Source of the DNA: Octopus sinensis
Taxonomy: Eukaryota
Assembly: GCF_006345805.1 (NCBI RefSeq)
Contig: NC_042997.1
Location: forward strand, 50,468,001 to 50,532,000
Direction: 5' to 3'
Length of the DNA stretch: 64,000 nucleotides
Shown here: positions 63,001-64,000 of the stretch, one piece after another
How the letters are laid out: each line of letters begins with the position of its first letter
Position numbering within the stretch: position 1 is the first letter of the stretch
Program-made: the position numbers and the translations under genes
Notes under the pieces: model-generated
What the model was told of the DNA's origin: nothing
The model's input: the letters and a program-made list of their open reading frames with translations, nothing else
Databases searched by the model: none

Positions 63001-64000
63001 TGGGACGCTGGACCGACGGCCCGGTTGAGTTGCTCGGGGTCTGGTTTGGTCCGGACCTCCAAGTGGAGAAGAACTGGAACGAGATAACGAGTAGGGGGTT
63101 CACTCTCGCCCGGCAATGGGCCGAGAGGAAACTGTCCCTAAAAGGTCGAGCGGAGGTGGCGAACACGTACATCGCGTCCGTCATCTACTACCGCCTGACC
63201 GTCGTACCTTGTCCCGACCCTACCATCACCCAACTACAACGCATCCTCTTTCGCGCTTCTTGTGGAAAGATGCGTCCCGATGGTCAGGCGATCCATTTGC
63301 TGTCAACACCCGTTAAAAGGAGGGCTGGGCATGCCGTGGTTGATGATGCGCAGACACGCGCTGAGACTGCGACATCTCTGGCTCTATGTAGACGACGGTG
63401 AACAGGTGTGGTCGCCGTTTGTGAGGCACGCTTTCCTGCAGCTCGTCTCCATGACCGAACTGCAGTCGTGGATCAAAAAGAGGCCGAGGAAGGGCGAATG
63501 GCACCGCGAGTGTCGCGTTGCTCTCAAGCAACTCTGCCGTCCTGGGTCGACCTTAAGTGACTTCAACACAACCAAAGCATTCTATAGGGGTTTAGTGGAG
63601 GGGGGTACGACGACGAGCTCGGGGCGAACCTGGACCTGCGTCGACGAGGAGTACCTGACCCGCCTGTTCGGGACGACTTTCGGGCCAGGGCCCATGGACA
63701 ACTTCCAGAGATCCCTGCCTGGCAGTGCTACCGAGAAGCGCTACCCGTTCGGGATAAGCTCTACAGACACGGCTCGAGAAACACGGGGCCGACCTGCCCG
63801 AGATGCGGTCAGAGCGACGAAAAACCGTTCTGCACGCACTCGTTCAGTGTCCAACAATTTCCGACCTGTGGGCTTATGTCGAACAACTGCTGTCACGTGT
63901 GGGACGAGTCGGTTTATCAGCTGAGTCTATCGTCAATATTGTCACGCCTCCTTCCTTCAAACGGGAAGGAAGAGCTATTTTCATCATCATTGTGGCTATG
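60088..64000 (+). mobile_element. Tx1-clade non-LTR retrotransposon, copy B (starts within ORF1, runs off the window)
   Basis: Low-complexity ORF1 tail (SSEDETSEEWQIATKRRKIK) followed by ORF2; about 99 percent identical to copy A by substitutions in the stretches compared. Confidence 0.93.
60781..64000 (+). pseudogene. Tx1 ORF2 (APE endonuclease, RT, C-terminal Zn motif), frameshifted as assembled
   Basis: MINIGCVNARGL, SETRL, VSVYAP, GDWNA, YLDRI, TDHK (APE); KSPGLDGLPYELY, FRPITLLNADLKILAK, LDQSKAFDRVDH, YADD (RT). Confidence 0.9.

Overview
Animal genomic DNA, very AT- and microsatellite-rich. The SINE/LINE families and composition suggest a coleoid cephalopod, probably Octopus (inference from recognition, not a search). 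One clear host gene: an intronless-CDS Tob (BTG/Tob family, 588 aa, 32574-34340, +). It has a splice acceptor at 32444, so a long 5'-UTR intron lies upstream (about 2-32 kb, full of SINEs, MITEs and microsatellites), and a probable 11.6-kb TE-poor 3' UTR ending at a canonical poly(A) site near 45930-45960. Downstream (46-64 kb) is a transposon-dense block: a 5'-truncated RTE LINE, a hAT transposase fossil interrupted by SINEs, old Tx1/L1-like fragments, a compact promoter with a perfect 6-unit heat-shock element, and two near-identical young Tx1-clade LINE copies each joined to (TCTA)n microsatellite. Top leads: (1) a possibly (TCTA)n-targeting Tx1 retrotransposon; (2) the HSE/TATA/TCT bidirectional promoter at 54.75-55.01 kb; (3) a complete type-I hammerhead ribozyme fold at 6209-6259 (-); (4) the very long Tob 3' UTR with a distal miR-92 8mer; (5) a SINE with its A-box head repeated six times. 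Nearly all long ORFs in the track are microsatellite artefacts. No rRNA, true tRNA or CRISPR features. All alignments and counts were done by eye, so boundaries of degenerate elements are approximate.
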